64,000 bases of DNA from Klebsormidium nitens (Eukaryota; Plantae; Klebsormidiophyceae), in NCBI GenBank assembly GCA_000708835.1, contig DF237102.1, positions 106,153 through 170,152 on the forward strand, in the 5' to 3' direction. How positions within the stretch are numbered: position 1 is the first letter of the stretch; each line of letters begins with the position of its first letter. A model generated the notes under the pieces. That model saw only the letters and a list, made by a program, of their open reading frames with translations, ran no database searches and was not told the DNA's origin. Shown here one piece after another: positions 23,006 through 36,215 of this stretch. A program made the position numbers and the translations under genes.

Positions 23006-26000
23006 TTATCTATCTTGAGCGGAGAGCACGCCGTCGGTGTACATGGAAAACATCTGTGTTTCTACAAAGACCTGCACGGTTACAAGACGCACTTGCTTCT
23101 TGCTGAATCTTTTCCCCCACTCTTACTTCTCCTGCTTCGGCCCCAACTAATGTCAGTCCTAAAACAGTTCAGGCTTCAAAAGCAATGACGCAACTTGCCA
23201 GCTTGCAACAAAAATTGCCCTCTTCCCCTTACCAAACAATGACAGAAGGACTTGGCTTGCTGCCATAATTCGCGAACCAATCTTCTTCTTGGTCATTCCA
23301 ATCTGCTGTTGCAGCCTGAAAGCAGTTTCCGGCCGGCAAGAGCAAGAAAAATGGAAATCTTACCCCTTTAACCTTGCAGAAACGCGGGTCTAGGAAAACA
23401 GGTCCAATCAAGAGAAGGCGAAACCGCCAAAGAGCACGTTCCTCACCTTGATGAACGGCCGGTCCTTGTGCGAAAACGAGTCTATGAAGCTGTCCTTGAG
23501 GAGAAGTGACACTCGGTCGCCCGACGCGCCCACGTCCGTAATCGTGTGCGCGCGCAGGTCGCTGCACAACGACTCCAAATACCCGCGCAACACGGCCAAA
23601 AAACCTTCCACGGCTTTGGCCTGCGGCAAGGAAAAATGGATTAACCGGCTGGCATTTAGTTACTTGTTTATTGCCTTGATGTACTGGTTTTTGTGTCTCT
23701 GAGACTTCCCGAATGCTTCTGTTTCGTTTCCAATGATTCCGGATACCCACTCAACACGGCCAAGAAACTTTCTACAGCTTTGGTGTGCAACACGTTGGGT
23801 TATCTGTCCGAGGACCAAGTCGTTGACTTAAGCGTACATTTCTTCATTACTGGGTTTTCCGAGGGATCCTCCTACCTGCTAATCAAGTACGCATGAAGCT
23901 ATTTTCATGAAAGCAGAGCAGGTCTTAAGAAAAGAGCAAGCCCCAGGACTAATGTAAGGCCAGCAACACGCTTGACACCTACATGCAGAGTGCTTGTCCC
24001 CACAAGCTTTCCATCCGAGGCAACCAGAGAAACCCTTTCCGATCTTACGGGAAGCTCTTCCTCCAGGGACTCATGCTTAAAGCATTGGCAAAGTAATAAA
24101 AAGAAATCAGACGCCTTGCCTTCACTTGGCGACCTGCTTGAAAAGAAAATCTACCTGAGCCTCAGTGGTCTTGAATGCGGGGCGGCGCCTCGACTCCCCC
24201 GCCGTCGCGGCGAGCTTTGCATGGAAGGGTTCCAAGGCAGCTGCTAGCTGCTTGGCCTTCGGGATGGGGGGGACCGTGCTGGTCATCTTTACCTGCAGCA
24301 ATGCAGGGGGGAAAAGTCCAGAAACTGTTCAAAGGGACAACAAAGTGACGAGCAACGCTTGACGGTGGGACGATGCTCAGAACCTGTAAGACGAGCCAGG
24401 CCTTTCAGGGGCAAATGCTCCGGATATGCGGATCTCGTCTTTTTTCATCGAACTGCTTTTAAAGTGCGAGACGAAATGCTCACAACCGACATGTGGGGAA
24501 CCGTTCAAATGGACGAAGCGGTGGCGGATCGACTGCAAATGCTCAAGACTTGTGACGTCAGACTCTGAACCTGATTATAGATGAAGCCGGACAGCGCCTG
24601 AGACTCTCCTTCTTTTCGAGGTTGTGAAAAAGAAATGAGCACAAAGCAAGGCCATGAACAAACCAGATGTTTGTGAAATCAGGAGAAAGGAGCCAGATGG
24701 GCACCGTTTATGCGTGTTGCTTTACATTGAACCTGTCGATTTTGAGCCCTTTTGAAGCAGAGAAGGCAAGCGAGAGTTGTCACAGCCCTTACGCAGACAT
24801 TGAAGCATTGGATGTAGATCCTTAGAATCATTCATGCGCCGAGACTCGGATGAGGGTGACCAGATAGCAGAAAGGATGCTCAAAGACCTAGCCCTATGTT
24901 CGGTCGCCGATTTGAGAAGGACGTCCGATAAAAATACAGCCAAAGTCTTGCATTCGGGTAACGATCGGTTGCTGAAGAAGACTTACCTTGTTTTTATATA
25001 CATTGACTCGGATCAGTGGCGCAATCTTAGACCGCACCTCGGCCGTCTTGTGCTGCAAACCAATCTGCGAAGACATTCCAGAATACATCAAAGCGAGTAC
25101 TGAGTGTAACGAAGTTTCCAATCGCCGGCACGTTTGCGTGTTGGAAAAAGGCTTAGCGACTAAGAAATCTGTGCTGTAATCCCGCAACGTCAGCTGCAGT
25201 GAGTAAAACGATGAGACACACCCACTCCCTTATTCTAGGCTCCATTGCTGCGAGTAACGTCACCACATACAGAGGATACATTGTACCATATAATCCACCC
25301 TCTAATCAAATCAAGATGCTCTGCTTTGATCGGGTACCCTGAATTCCCAGAAAGAGGCTTGTCAAGCCATCCGGCATCCCCAGGAGTTTTTGCCTCTATG
25401 AACCCTCAGTTCATTAGAAGCTACAAATTAGGCAGTTCTCGGCAATCAGAAAAGAGTTTTCCACCCGTAGGTTATGCGCCAACACAGAAGGTGCCTGGTT
25501 TTCCTGCCTCTTGTAACCGGTCCAGTACAGCCAAGACTTTGCTCGAGCTGACAACTGTAAGAGGTATTGTCTTCGCTACCCGTCGTCGAAAGAAATCTTT
25601 TGTATCTGACCTGAACGACTCACATGAGCCCAAATCTTCAACAGGAAGACGAGTGACAAGTGGGTGCAGAAAAGCGGTACGACTGGATTTGCGCCCGGAA
25701 TTTCAGTCCAAGCGACTACTTAAGCCTCACTCACCAGGAAGGGGACGGGGGCCTCGAGGAAGACTAGGAGGTCCGCGGGGAGCACGGGCAACAGGAGGCA
25801 CTGCCACATGAAGGGCCGCAGCAGTGGGACGATGGACAATACGATGGCCGATAGAACGCCCTGGGAAAAGGTATTCAACGTTAGAGATGTGGGGATGGGG
25901 TCTTCAGGTTTTTTCCAATTAAGAGCTGGAAATTGGAGAATGAGGACTCGGCGAGAAACACTAGCTGCAGAAAGCGCTGCAACTTAAAGGGCCGCAGAAG

Positions 26001-29000
26001 AGGGAATCTTATGCAACTTTCGTCGCCGCAGCACTGCAGCGACGGGCAAAGGACTAAAAACGTCCAGATGTTTCTGTTTGAAAGTATGGCCACGATCCAG
26101 CGAGAAAAAAAAACTTGACATGTCGTGCAAAACATGTCACTGGCGAGATGAGACACAAGAGAGCGTACTCGAACGAACCAACCTGTTGGAAACCAACCCA
26201 AACCAACCCACAACAACGTAAAGGGAACAGGGAAGCACAATCTGTATATCGAAATCACAGAAACCTGGACAGACCCGCAGCATATTGGACATGTCTCAGG
26301 TTCGTACCACTGACCACAATCTGCTTTTCCAGCAGCGCACGAACGAACATCAGAATTACGTCCTTGAGGAGTAATTTGAGACACAATTGACAGATTTGAT
26401 CAATTTGTATTATCAGAACCAAAAAACGGCTGAAAGTCGGACGACTCCTCACCGAAGTGGGACACATGACCACGATTCGTTGAATAGTATCGAGAACACC
26501 TTCTCGAAAGACAGACTTGTAAAATGCAGATGATCAAAAAATGTATTCCCGGACACACTAGCCCATGTCAGGTCCTAGACAAAAACCACGGTTTGCTTCT
26601 CCAGCGGCGCGCTGGCAAGCATCGACGTCACATTCTTGCGGGACGAGCTTCAGGCCTCACTGAGAAGAGCGGATTTCTAAGATTATCGATCCGGAGTTGC
26701 AGCATCTCGGACGTGTTTCTCATCAGGTTCGGACAGATGGCAAGAACCTGCTTCTCGAGCAGCGCGCTGACGAGCATCGACATCGCGTTCTCCAAGAAGA
26801 AATGTTACGTTCTAACGGCAGAACTCACTGAATTTTACTGTTAATTACGGATAATTGGCTGAGTTCTGGACGTTCACTTGCCAGGTTCGGACAGATGACC
26901 ACAATCTGCTTCTCGAGCAGCGCGCTGACGAGCATCGACATCACGTTCTCGAGGGACAGCGCCCGGCATAGGGTAGCTACGGACCAAACGGACACGGCAA
27001 GGGCCTCCTCGCCGGACGCTAGCGCCGCTTGAGCCTCGATCAACTCGACTTTCGACTGCAGAGAAAGTTGTGGGAAAATCATAGAAGAGGTGGATAGTCT
27101 GCAGATAAGCATGGGAGTAAATAAGGTTGCAGGGGACCAAACGGACACTGCCAGGGCCTCCTCGCCAGACTCTAGTGCCGCTTGAGCCTCAATCAAGTCG
27201 ACTTTCGACTGAGAGAAAGTCACGGGAGAATTTAAGGGTGCGTAGAAGAGTTGGATAGTCTGCAGATAAGCAGGAGCATAAAGAAGGTTGCAGGGGACCA
27301 AACGGACACTGGAAGGGCCTCCTCTCCGGGCGCTACTGCTGCCTGGGCCTAAACAACTTGACCTTCGACTGCGTGGAGAAAAGAAGACGGGACTTCAAGT
27401 TCATAGAGTCAGAGTCATGCTTCATCACGGCATTGAGGGAACGCAAGAAGGTGCATTCGGCAGATGAGCACTTTTTTGGAAGACAATGGACCCTGTGCCT
27501 CAATCAAGTCGACCTTTGACTGCGCAGAGAGGGAGAAGAAGGGTCTTCTGGGTTATGCAGATTGAGATCTAGGCTTCTTCACCAAACGAGTTCGAGATTC
27601 AGCGGAGCAATCGGCAAAGTAGTGACAGGGGCCCCCGAATTCTCGACCAACTCGAAGTACGGAGAGAGAGGACAAGGGTATGGATCGGTCTTGGAAGATA
27701 TCGGGTTTCATCAAGAGAATCAGAGACCGGAACTAATCAAGGATATCAAGGTGTCTGAGGACCACGCTTCTGGTGATAAGCGCTACTTCGCGTTCAGAAC
27801 CATCAACTCCAACTGGAGGCAAGGTTAGGAGGGTGGCTGACCTAACAACGGCGCGGTTAAGTGATGAATTGGAGAAGAAAACGCACCCACGAAGCAACCC
27901 AGCAACGCTGAGCGGAGGGCAGGGATCTCTATACCTCAGCGACTTCGATGCTCGACCGTACGAAAGGTGCGCAAGGCGACGAAAGGGATCAAAACAAAGC
28001 AACCGTGCGGGGCGGTTTATTATCGCCAATCAGACAAACCACGCAGTGCAGAAAAGTCGGGCCATGTTTCATCAAAATTCTTTCCCCAGAACGGGCGTAT
28101 CCTCGAAAACTGTCCGCCTATCCTTCCTTTACGAGCGACTCTTGCAGACCTCAACTGCGCTCAGCAGACCTCGTAACTAAGCGCACAAGCTTGGCCCCAG
28201 GAAGTTGATACTCATTTCAGATGACTGACGGAACAAATATTCTAGACTCTCCGCCCGCCCCTACCTTGCACAGCGCCAGATCGATATGCCGGCCCCCCGT
28301 CAGACTCGCTGGGATCACCGCCGGCCGTTCATAAGCGAGCGGCTGCAAATGATCCAACAGCTGAAACACCACTGATCCGCCCCGGGGCGGCACCTCCAGC
28401 TTATGATAGTCGCACACAATACGGAGGGAGTCGTTCCCATTTGCCTCGGCCCAGGCGAGTGCGGCGGCCACACCAAAGTCACTGTCCTCGTTGAAGGGGC
28501 TGGACTCTTCGTCCGCCTCCGTGCTGCCGTCAATGCTGACGTTCGTGGACGCTCCGTCAACACTGCAAGTTGAAATTGACGATCTCAAAAGATGAAGTAG
28601 GTTGAACTGGTACAGTGAACAAATTGGAACGGGTAGGTTTACTTGTGGGCTTCAGGACGGGTATGGGAGCGGAGCATGTACACCTCCGGGTTAGGATGTT
28701 CCGTTCTAGTGGAGCTTACCGTAAAGTTGCCGAAGTATCATTTACTTGAGAATGTCTTTGACAGTGCGTGATTGGTTGAGACATGCGCAGTTCGAACGAA
28801 GTGCGACGCAAGAGATGGAATCCTAAGGAAGGGCATGGTTGGACATTACAGGATCTGGGAGCAATGCCACTGAATAAGCGTCGTTCACTGAAGCATAGGA
28901 GCCGGTTTTAACAGCGGTGCCACTTCTGTTTATTTTCAAACATTAGCCCCACGGAGATTCGGGACCAAAGCTCGACTCCTAAGCGGCTGGCAATCAGTAC

Positions 29001-32000
29001 GCCTACTCGGATTCAACACAAGCGAGCCTCAACATGTCTGCAAGATGCGCACAGGATGCGCAATACCTGCTTATCATGAGCAGCAAACTTCTTCCGTATA
29101 AGCAAGCGAGCGAGCTCAAACGTCTCACCTGTAAGCAGAATCCACGCTGTTCATCCGGGTATGATGCGCCGACGGCCGTGCTGACGCCGTGGTCGAAGGC
29201 GTCGCCTCCGGATGCAACGCAAACGCCTCGCTCCCGAACGAAGGCGCACTCTCTATTCGGGCGTCTGGGATGTGCGCTCCGTCGAGTTCCTCCCCCGACT
29301 TTCCGTTTGGTGCTTCCGACAAGCCTTTCGAGACGTGCCCACCTATCTCTGCAGCTTCGGCGCTTCCGTTTTTGTCAATCGTGTCCGGTTCCGTTCCAAG
29401 CTCCGGGTGCGGGATTGGGGCCGGAACGCTGACCGCTATAGCGGGCGGTCGCTTGGTCTTGTATTGGCCAGGCTCGGTGGCGCCCCCCCTTCCGGAAGTG
29501 CTCGCTTCTTCGCTGCCCCCCACCCCATCCTCGTCATTGGCCGCTCCTCTAGCTTCCTGATCGTCAGCGTTTTCATTCGCCAACGAAACCCGTCCGTCTA
29601 GTTCTCCGCTCTCCCCATCCTTTCCGTTCACCTCCAGTGGTCTTTCTTCCGGAACCGTCGGCGGAATCGACGGAGCTGCGGCCTCTGCGCCTTCCTGAAG
29701 GCCCTGCCGTAACACCTCTATCCCGTCCGCACCTGGCCCGACCGGAATTCCGGTGTCCTCGACCGGAATTCCATCGCTCAGGTCCACGCTCACCATTCCC
29801 ACCAACGACGGCATCGTTTGAAGCCCCTCATCCTCCCCCCTCGCCGCAACGCTTGTGCTCTCTTCCGAACGGTTCGCCTCCATCGCTGCACCGTTTCCGT
29901 GCTCCTCTGCGCGACTCAACCGCTCGTCCCCCAGCCTCGAAGTTCGGTACTCCCGCTCTCCGCTCTCCCTCGTTTCGCCCCCCTTGCTTTCGCCTACAAC
30001 AGTACCTTCTGAAACCCCCCCTGCAGTGGAGCGGCCCCCCTCAGTTTTCCCCTGTTCTTTATCTGCGCTCAGAGGCGCTTTGAAACCGCCCCCCGCACTA
30101 GGTCCATCCCCCTTCGGCGACCGGACAGGACTCGCCGGCAAGCTTCGAGAGGGACTTCTCGGCCGATCCTCGATCCTGAACCCTTGGCTTGTCAGCGTGT
30201 TTCCCAGAACCTCGTCAACGGGGATCGCGCTGTCCATCCACTCGTTGGGGTCGTCTTCGGAGTTCGGCCCCCGAGGGGGTGACGCCATGCGCTGGCGGCT
30301 GCTGACTTTGACCATGGGGGAGGAGACGTCGACGACCATTTCGCTGACGCACGCGGTGATGCGGTCGAGGCGCTCCTGGGCCAAGACGCTGCACCAACCA
30401 CGGGGGCTAACATGAGTAAGTCTGGCAGCATCCGAAAAGTTTGCTGAAAAAGATACTGACGAATAATTGTCTTACTGGACACCATCTTACCTAAAGGCAC
30501 ACAAGAAGAGACGATACCAACAAGTACTGACGCCCTCATTCACCATGAAGCTGAAGGCAGAAGGCACGAATGCCCCGCAAGATTCAAGAGCAAGAAACAA
30601 TACGCGACCCAAGTCATGACGACAATACTACTCCTGCCCTTACTTGTACAAGACCTCAAAGTGGAGGTCGAAGAAGGGGTATTGTGTCAGGATGCAGTAG
30701 CAGCGAGGCGCCGAGACGAGGTACTTGCTGAGGGGGGTCGGGGGCGCAGGACTGAACGCCATCGACATTGCGAGCACCCCCGGGGGCCGCTGCACCATTT
30801 CGTGGACCAGGACGCAGACCCCATACAGCGTGACGTTGTCTGCGACCTTGAGCAGGAAGACAAAGGACTGGTCGTCCTTCTTCTGGTAGCTCTGGCCGTA
30901 GATCACCTGTGTGGAGAGGGACAGTCCGTGAGCTGAATTGCTATTCTGAGGAGGAACACTTTCAATAGGTCGTGAGAACCCAATTTACGATTCAGCGACT
31001 TTCTTTGGAAGTAATCAAGTTACCTCTTTTTAACTAAAACGAACATATCTTACGGCACCGCCAGGGACCCTAGGTTCTCCAACTCAAGATGCACCTTATA
31101 TCCCGCAAGTTTCTAGTCAACATCTTGCAACATAGGAGATGGACTAATTGCTGACCAAGATCTTCAATCCTCGCTCATTTTGCACCAGAATAGCACCAAA
31201 TCACGTCTCCTCAAGACGCCACTGGGATGCGCTGCCCTAACTTCTTCCTGCATGTTCAAGATCAAGCCTGCACTTAGAGAGTCGTCTTTCAAGATCTGCT
31301 ATCAGGCTCCAGCTCATGAATGTGCACTGCCGCTGACCTCATTTAGTTCGCTCATCGAAGGGGTGCGCTCCATCACCCGCGCCTGCACTCCGTTTGGGAA
31401 GCAGAAACCCGGGAGGTCCTTGAGAGCCAAGCGCTTGCCAGGAGGGTACTTGAACAGGACCTCCGGCTGGAGGCTGGTGCCGGCCGCGCCCTTATACATT
31501 GTGTACCTGCCGTCGGTCATAGCTTATCGTCATTGCTATTGAGTTGAATCTATATGTGGCTGCAGATGAGCAAGGCTTCTTAGGAAATTCGTGTGCAACC
31601 GATCGCATCCTAAAGTCGCCCTGTCCTTGATTGAGGTCTGATGTTCTGAAATGCAAAAGTTTACAGGTTCCAAATCAGATTCACAACGAGTCTGTTCGTA
31701 CAAGGTATCAGATCTGCTCTCTTTAATTGAAGCCAGGCCGATCTGACAGGACTGCTGCAAGCTGTTGTCCAGACGCCTGTGAAGGTACTCAACTTGGCAA
31801 ACCTGTCACAAAGTATGCAGTCCGCTAGTGGCAGGATAACAACTGACGCGGAAGAAGGCAGACGCTGCCAACGAACAGTTTCTTTGAAGACAACTCGAGT
31901 AACCTCGGAATCTGCGGGCTCATCCCTTTTGGCAACCATATAGTGGTGAAGTCCACTGCGCCTAATCCGCAGCAAGCAGGAGAAAGGCAAGGCATCACCA

Positions 32001-33502
32001 CTAACCCATCCTCGTCGCCCAGCTTTTCCGCCCTTTCGACCGCCCTTTCTGCCGCTTTCTTGGCTGCGAATGCGGCTTCCGTCGCAGCCACGTTTGCGGT
32101 GGGGGGGAGCCCAACCACCACAAAGTGCTCGAACAAGTGCGTCGGTTCCCCCCGGTGCCGAGCTTCCTGTTTTGGTAAAAGAGATTGTTATAAGAGTTGC
32201 AGATCTGCTGAAAAACTCCAGATAGGTCAGGAGCATTGATTGGTTTCTTACGGTCCCTGCGATTGCATCCATCGGGTGGTGAACTAAGAAACCCTCGCAG
32301 GCTATTGAATTTTTCTGAGGGCCTAGAGGGGGCTTGTAAGGCAGCAACGCGACCGCCCTGCTAAGAGTTCTACAGTCAAGGTTCCTGAGAACATCATTCC
32401 AAAACTGCACTTCGAGAACGACTTGCTGCTACAGTTGAGATGTGATGATCCATCCTGACTTTCTTATGCACTATATGTGCTACACCACTACACCAGAGCT
32501 CGCATTTCACCGCTCCCTCAACCCTAAACCAAATATTCAACATCAGAGTGAAGTTGCTCATATCAAACATCACCGCTGGTTACTTTGATGAATGCATGAA
32601 AGCGCATGCGAAAGAACGCTCTGCATGAGAAAGTTCTTAATCTCACGGGTCGACATGATCACAAACACTAAGCCTCTTCCAGTGTATGTGCAGCCATCGA
32701 GAAGCTGTCAAATGACAAACGTCAGCAGTGGAGTAATCTCAATACGCACTACAAACGAATTGCCGGCTAAAAAACACTTGCACTCACCAGGCCTTGTTTT
32801 TGCAACTTCGCCCACTGGCGCTTCTGACTGGTCAGCTCCTCAGGGTTGAATGTGCCCTTCCTTAATGACCCGGTGCCTTTGCCCCGTCCCCAAAACCCCC
32901 CAATCTTTCGCTTCAGCTTGGAAGGTTGCTTTGCGGAGACCACAATGCTCGGTGGCGGTCTGACTGCGGCGGCAGCCCTCGCAATCTCCTCCGGGGTCTG
33001 AGAGAGTGAGCTTCTTGGGCGAGGAATGCCCCCCCCATTAGCAGCTGCATTTGGATCCCTGTTTCCAGACATTGAAACTGGAAGCAGGCCTGATAGCTGC
33101 CACGCTGTTTCCAGAGACTTCTGAAGCCCCGCACGCCTGAACGGTCGGCTTAGAAAGGAATCAGACTTTGAGCTCTCAGAAAATAGATCGTCATCATCGC
33201 CGGGGTTTTTAAGGTCGTTCTGGGATTGCCCTGCGGAACTCCCCGGATCGCGGTGCGCATGCATAACTGGTGATCTGCATTGCGTGGACAAATGGTCGTA
33301 TGTCGAAGTAGCTGATAGAATGACGCTTACCAAAGCGATGCACACAATGAGGGTATGATAAGGCAGGATGGTAAAACAGGGGGAAAAGCTGGACAGAAGC
33401 AGGTGATCAAGGTCCAACAAACGCAAAACCTCCAGCTCATGAGCAGGTCTGACTCTCAGCGTACCTACCGTACCTGCCTTGCTCAGGCTGAGGCTGCTGC
33501 AT
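23006..33502 (-). CDS. Plant-type DENN (uDENN-DENN-dDENN, AEX-3-like) Rab GEF domain protein
   Basis: Exons encode FEHFVVVGLPP, EVLFKYPPGKRLALKDLPGFCFPNGVQAR (uDENN), SFVFLLKVADNVTLYGVCV, APRCYCILTQYPFFDLHFEVL, LCRALSLENVMSMLVSALLEKQIVVICPNL|GVLSAIVLSIVPLLRPFMWQCLLLPVLP...LEAPVPFL (cDENN), YLESLCSDLRAHTITDV...LLLKDSFIDSF and VFVETQMFSMYTD (dDENN; stop 23006). ATG at 33502 splices in phase (33474->33274). Confidence 0.93.
26297..26795 (-). repeat. Three decayed copies of the 3' end of DENN exon 27055-26882 in the downstream intron
   Basis: Copies at ~26795-26724 (ENAMSMLVSALLEKQVLAICPNL), ~26645-26569 and ~26370-26297 (KDVILMFVRALLEKQIVVSGTNL) versus the exon's ENVMSMLVSALLEKQIVVICPNL. Confidence 0.9.
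27125..27530 (-). repeat. Three decayed copies of the acceptor and 5' end of DENN exon 27055-26882 in the upstream intron
   Basis: CAG|TC(G/A)AA(A/G)GTC starts at 27208, 27368 and 27519 (151-160 bp spacing) versus the working start at 27055; the 27208 copy reads SKVDLIEAQAALESGEEALAVSVWS. Confidence 0.92.
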
Positions 33503-33903
33503 GAATGAATGTTGGGGGAGCTCCTCTGAGCAATCGGACGGCTTCAACCGGTTTCCCGATCGAACGGTCTCGATATTCTGCTGGAAATCTAGGTGTAGCT
33601 TTTAGCAAATCGAAGCCGTCCACGAATTCCAAGAGGCTCATCGGACGATCAATCGTTGGCTAATCATTGGTTGTTTGTTGACTCGGAAAAGGCAAATTTT
33701 CTTCCAGCAGGAGATTTTCTTCCAGCTGGCAAGCGAGAGCAGCTTCGTCCTCGAGGAGCACGCCAAAATCAGCTCCAAGGAACAGCATCGCCATTGTGCA
33801 GCCGCAAGGGGCGCTTTCAGAGCACGCTGGTCCTTGAAAGAGACGTGCAGCCACTTAGGTACATTCCTTCGTCCCTTCTCACTGTCAGCCAACCCCTAAT
33901 GCC

Positions 33904-34200
33904 ATGACAATCACAGCCCTACGACCCCTTGACGCGCGGCACGTGTCGACGGTCGCGACGGCCGCAGCTAAAGCTCCGTTCCTCAGAGGCCCCGGACATT
34001 CCAGCAACCTGGGACAGGAAGAGTGGCAATGGGAGCTTCCTCAGGAAATGGGACCGTCTTCGAGGGAGGGAACACCAGGCAGCGCGCGGAGACAATGGGG
34101 GCCAGCTCCGAACCATGGGTTTGAGCTGCCAGAGGTGGCTATGGACCCCTTATTTGAGGATGTTTGGGAGGACACTGTTGCAGCAGTGGGCCCTTGGATG
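33904..34200 (+). CDS. Possible first coding exon of a hypothetical gene divergent from DENN
   Basis: ATG at 33904, GC-rich coding-like ORF (WQWELPQE...DPLFEDVWEDTVAAVGPWM) ending at a GTAAGT donor at 34201. No recognisable domain; downstream exons not resolved. Confidence 0.3.
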
Positions 34201-36215
34201 GTAAGTCTTGAAACGGGGCTTTCTGACATCAAATAGAGCTTTAACATCTTGTTCAGGTGCCTTTGTCCTATTTCGACTCTTCTTCGGTGTTTACCAGCTG
34301 ACATTTCTCAAGAGTAGGCTTTTTCTGCCGCTTTTGCCAACACAGAAAGGAGTAGAAAAAGGTGTTGAATAGTTTCTGGGTCTTTGATACTTAAGCATGG
34401 ATCCTAGGGTTTTACAAAGGGAAGTACCATATCAGCAGGTGGAATGAAGCTTTCTTGGAAACGATTGTCAGAGCTCTTGTAACATTGGCAACTGATGTGA
34501 TTGGTTGTGCAACATCAGGGTCCGTAGCTTCTGATCGTCTTTCCCTCCCAGAAGTCCTCTTTTCGTTGGAATTGTACCGTGCTTTGGACTTCCTATTGGA
34601 AAGCGGTTCAGCTGGTTCATTTAGCTCTTGTGTTTCGCAGAAGCTCAGTTCAAGTCCCTTGCATTGATGTTACATACATACTTGGCTGAACCTGGCTGCA
34701 TGTTAAAAGCATTACGCTCCTGGTTCTATTAGGATGTTAGAAGCATTACGCTCCCAGTTTTGCCAGAAAGATGTATGCGTGCAATGTTGCTCTATTATAC
34801 TTTTCAGACGAAATGCAGTGTATTGCAAGCCGATGGTGGCCCTCTACTGAAACAAAGGCATCTGCTGTACAGCAGTCCGCTTTATGGTGAAGTTTTGGGT
34901 TGCCCTTATTGCCCTCCTCCTCAAAGCTGTTTGATTGGAAGCCCTCACTTGCCAAAAAGCCTTCTCACACTGAATAGCTTGGCAGTCCCGTGCTTTAGAG
35001 CGGAGGTGTTGAGTAAATGCTTTCTGTTTTCTGACAGACAAACCTGGGGGAAAACGGCTGGAAGCTTATGAGATAGTCTTTGTGAAAGTTTCTGGTGGAA
35101 GTTTTCAACGTGCAGTATTATCTGATGGCCAACTCTGCTACTTGAATTGGGTTGCTGGTTTGACGATTGGTTCGAGCAAATCAATGGGGCTATTTCCATC
35201 TGGCACAGGAAAGAAATGAAGCTTATGATACATTTTACACTTTCAAGTGTCCGTCTACTCTTCGCCGCTGGGCTTGTCTACTCTCGCTTGTGAATCAGTC
35301 GCTTGATTATCAGCGCTTCTTCATTGTCTGTGCAGAGCTCGCTGGAGACTCAACGAAAGGCAATGATTCACCAGTGCGAGCATGCCACGAAGTCTTTCCA
35401 AGACGCAATCCAGAAGAATATGCCCCACCAAATGAGCCTGCCAAAAACTGTAAAGGGGCAAAAGCCGCACTAGTAGGTAAATCATAAACCTGTGGCATAG
35501 TGGGGGATTGTACAGTTGCAGTGCAAAGCGCTCTGAATGAGAATCCTTGCAAGCTGGCAAGAAACAGCCTTGTGCTTATTAGGTCGCTCTGAGAATGGTG
35601 TATGCATCGGTAAACTTTGTGAATATGGACAAAATCAGGTAGAATAGCTCAAGCTGCTTCTTGTAGATAAATTGAATGTAGCCTGATCCAAAGCCATAGT
35701 TGCTTACTTCTTGGGGTCTGGCAGTAGTTGAGTGTAGTGCCTAATAGTTTCTGCTTTCTGGCAAAAGTAATGGTAAAAGACTTTGGGTAGCAATTGCCAT
35801 CGTTGGCCAGGCTTGTACATTACATGTGTCCGGATCCTCGGTGACCATGACAGGGAGTTCGCCAGGATTAAGCACCGAGCTTTTATAGAATTCCATGCCA
35901 TTCAATTGGTGGGGGGAACAGTTTGAAATAATCCAATCTTTGGTGCTCGATCAAATTGCTGCAAGTCACCAGAACCTGAGTCGTTTGCCCTCAGTTGCCT
36001 GCATGCAGTCTTACTAGAATTCTCATACAGCAGGCTGAACATGGCGGCGCAGCATGTGTCTAATTCGGTGTTATGAGCTATTGGTCCTCTTGAATCATGA
36101 CAAGAATTGAAGTGGCGATCCAACGTGCACAACCCCCATATGAATGATCGCACCCAAGCGTGTATGAAATTGCATGTGCCGCCAAATATCATGCACACAG
36201 ACGCAAGTAGTACAT

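Noticed and set aside
17393-30415. Long plus-strand ORFs 17393-18079, 19873-20565, 29189-29560, 29637-30083 and 29855-30415
   Set aside because: Antisense shadows of GC-rich ROCO and DENN exons; Ser/Pro-rich with no motifs.
34707-34760. Short direct repeats (20 bp here; 12 bp at 56824-56855; 14 bp at 19290-19320)
   Set aside because: Ordinary small slippage duplications with no further structure.
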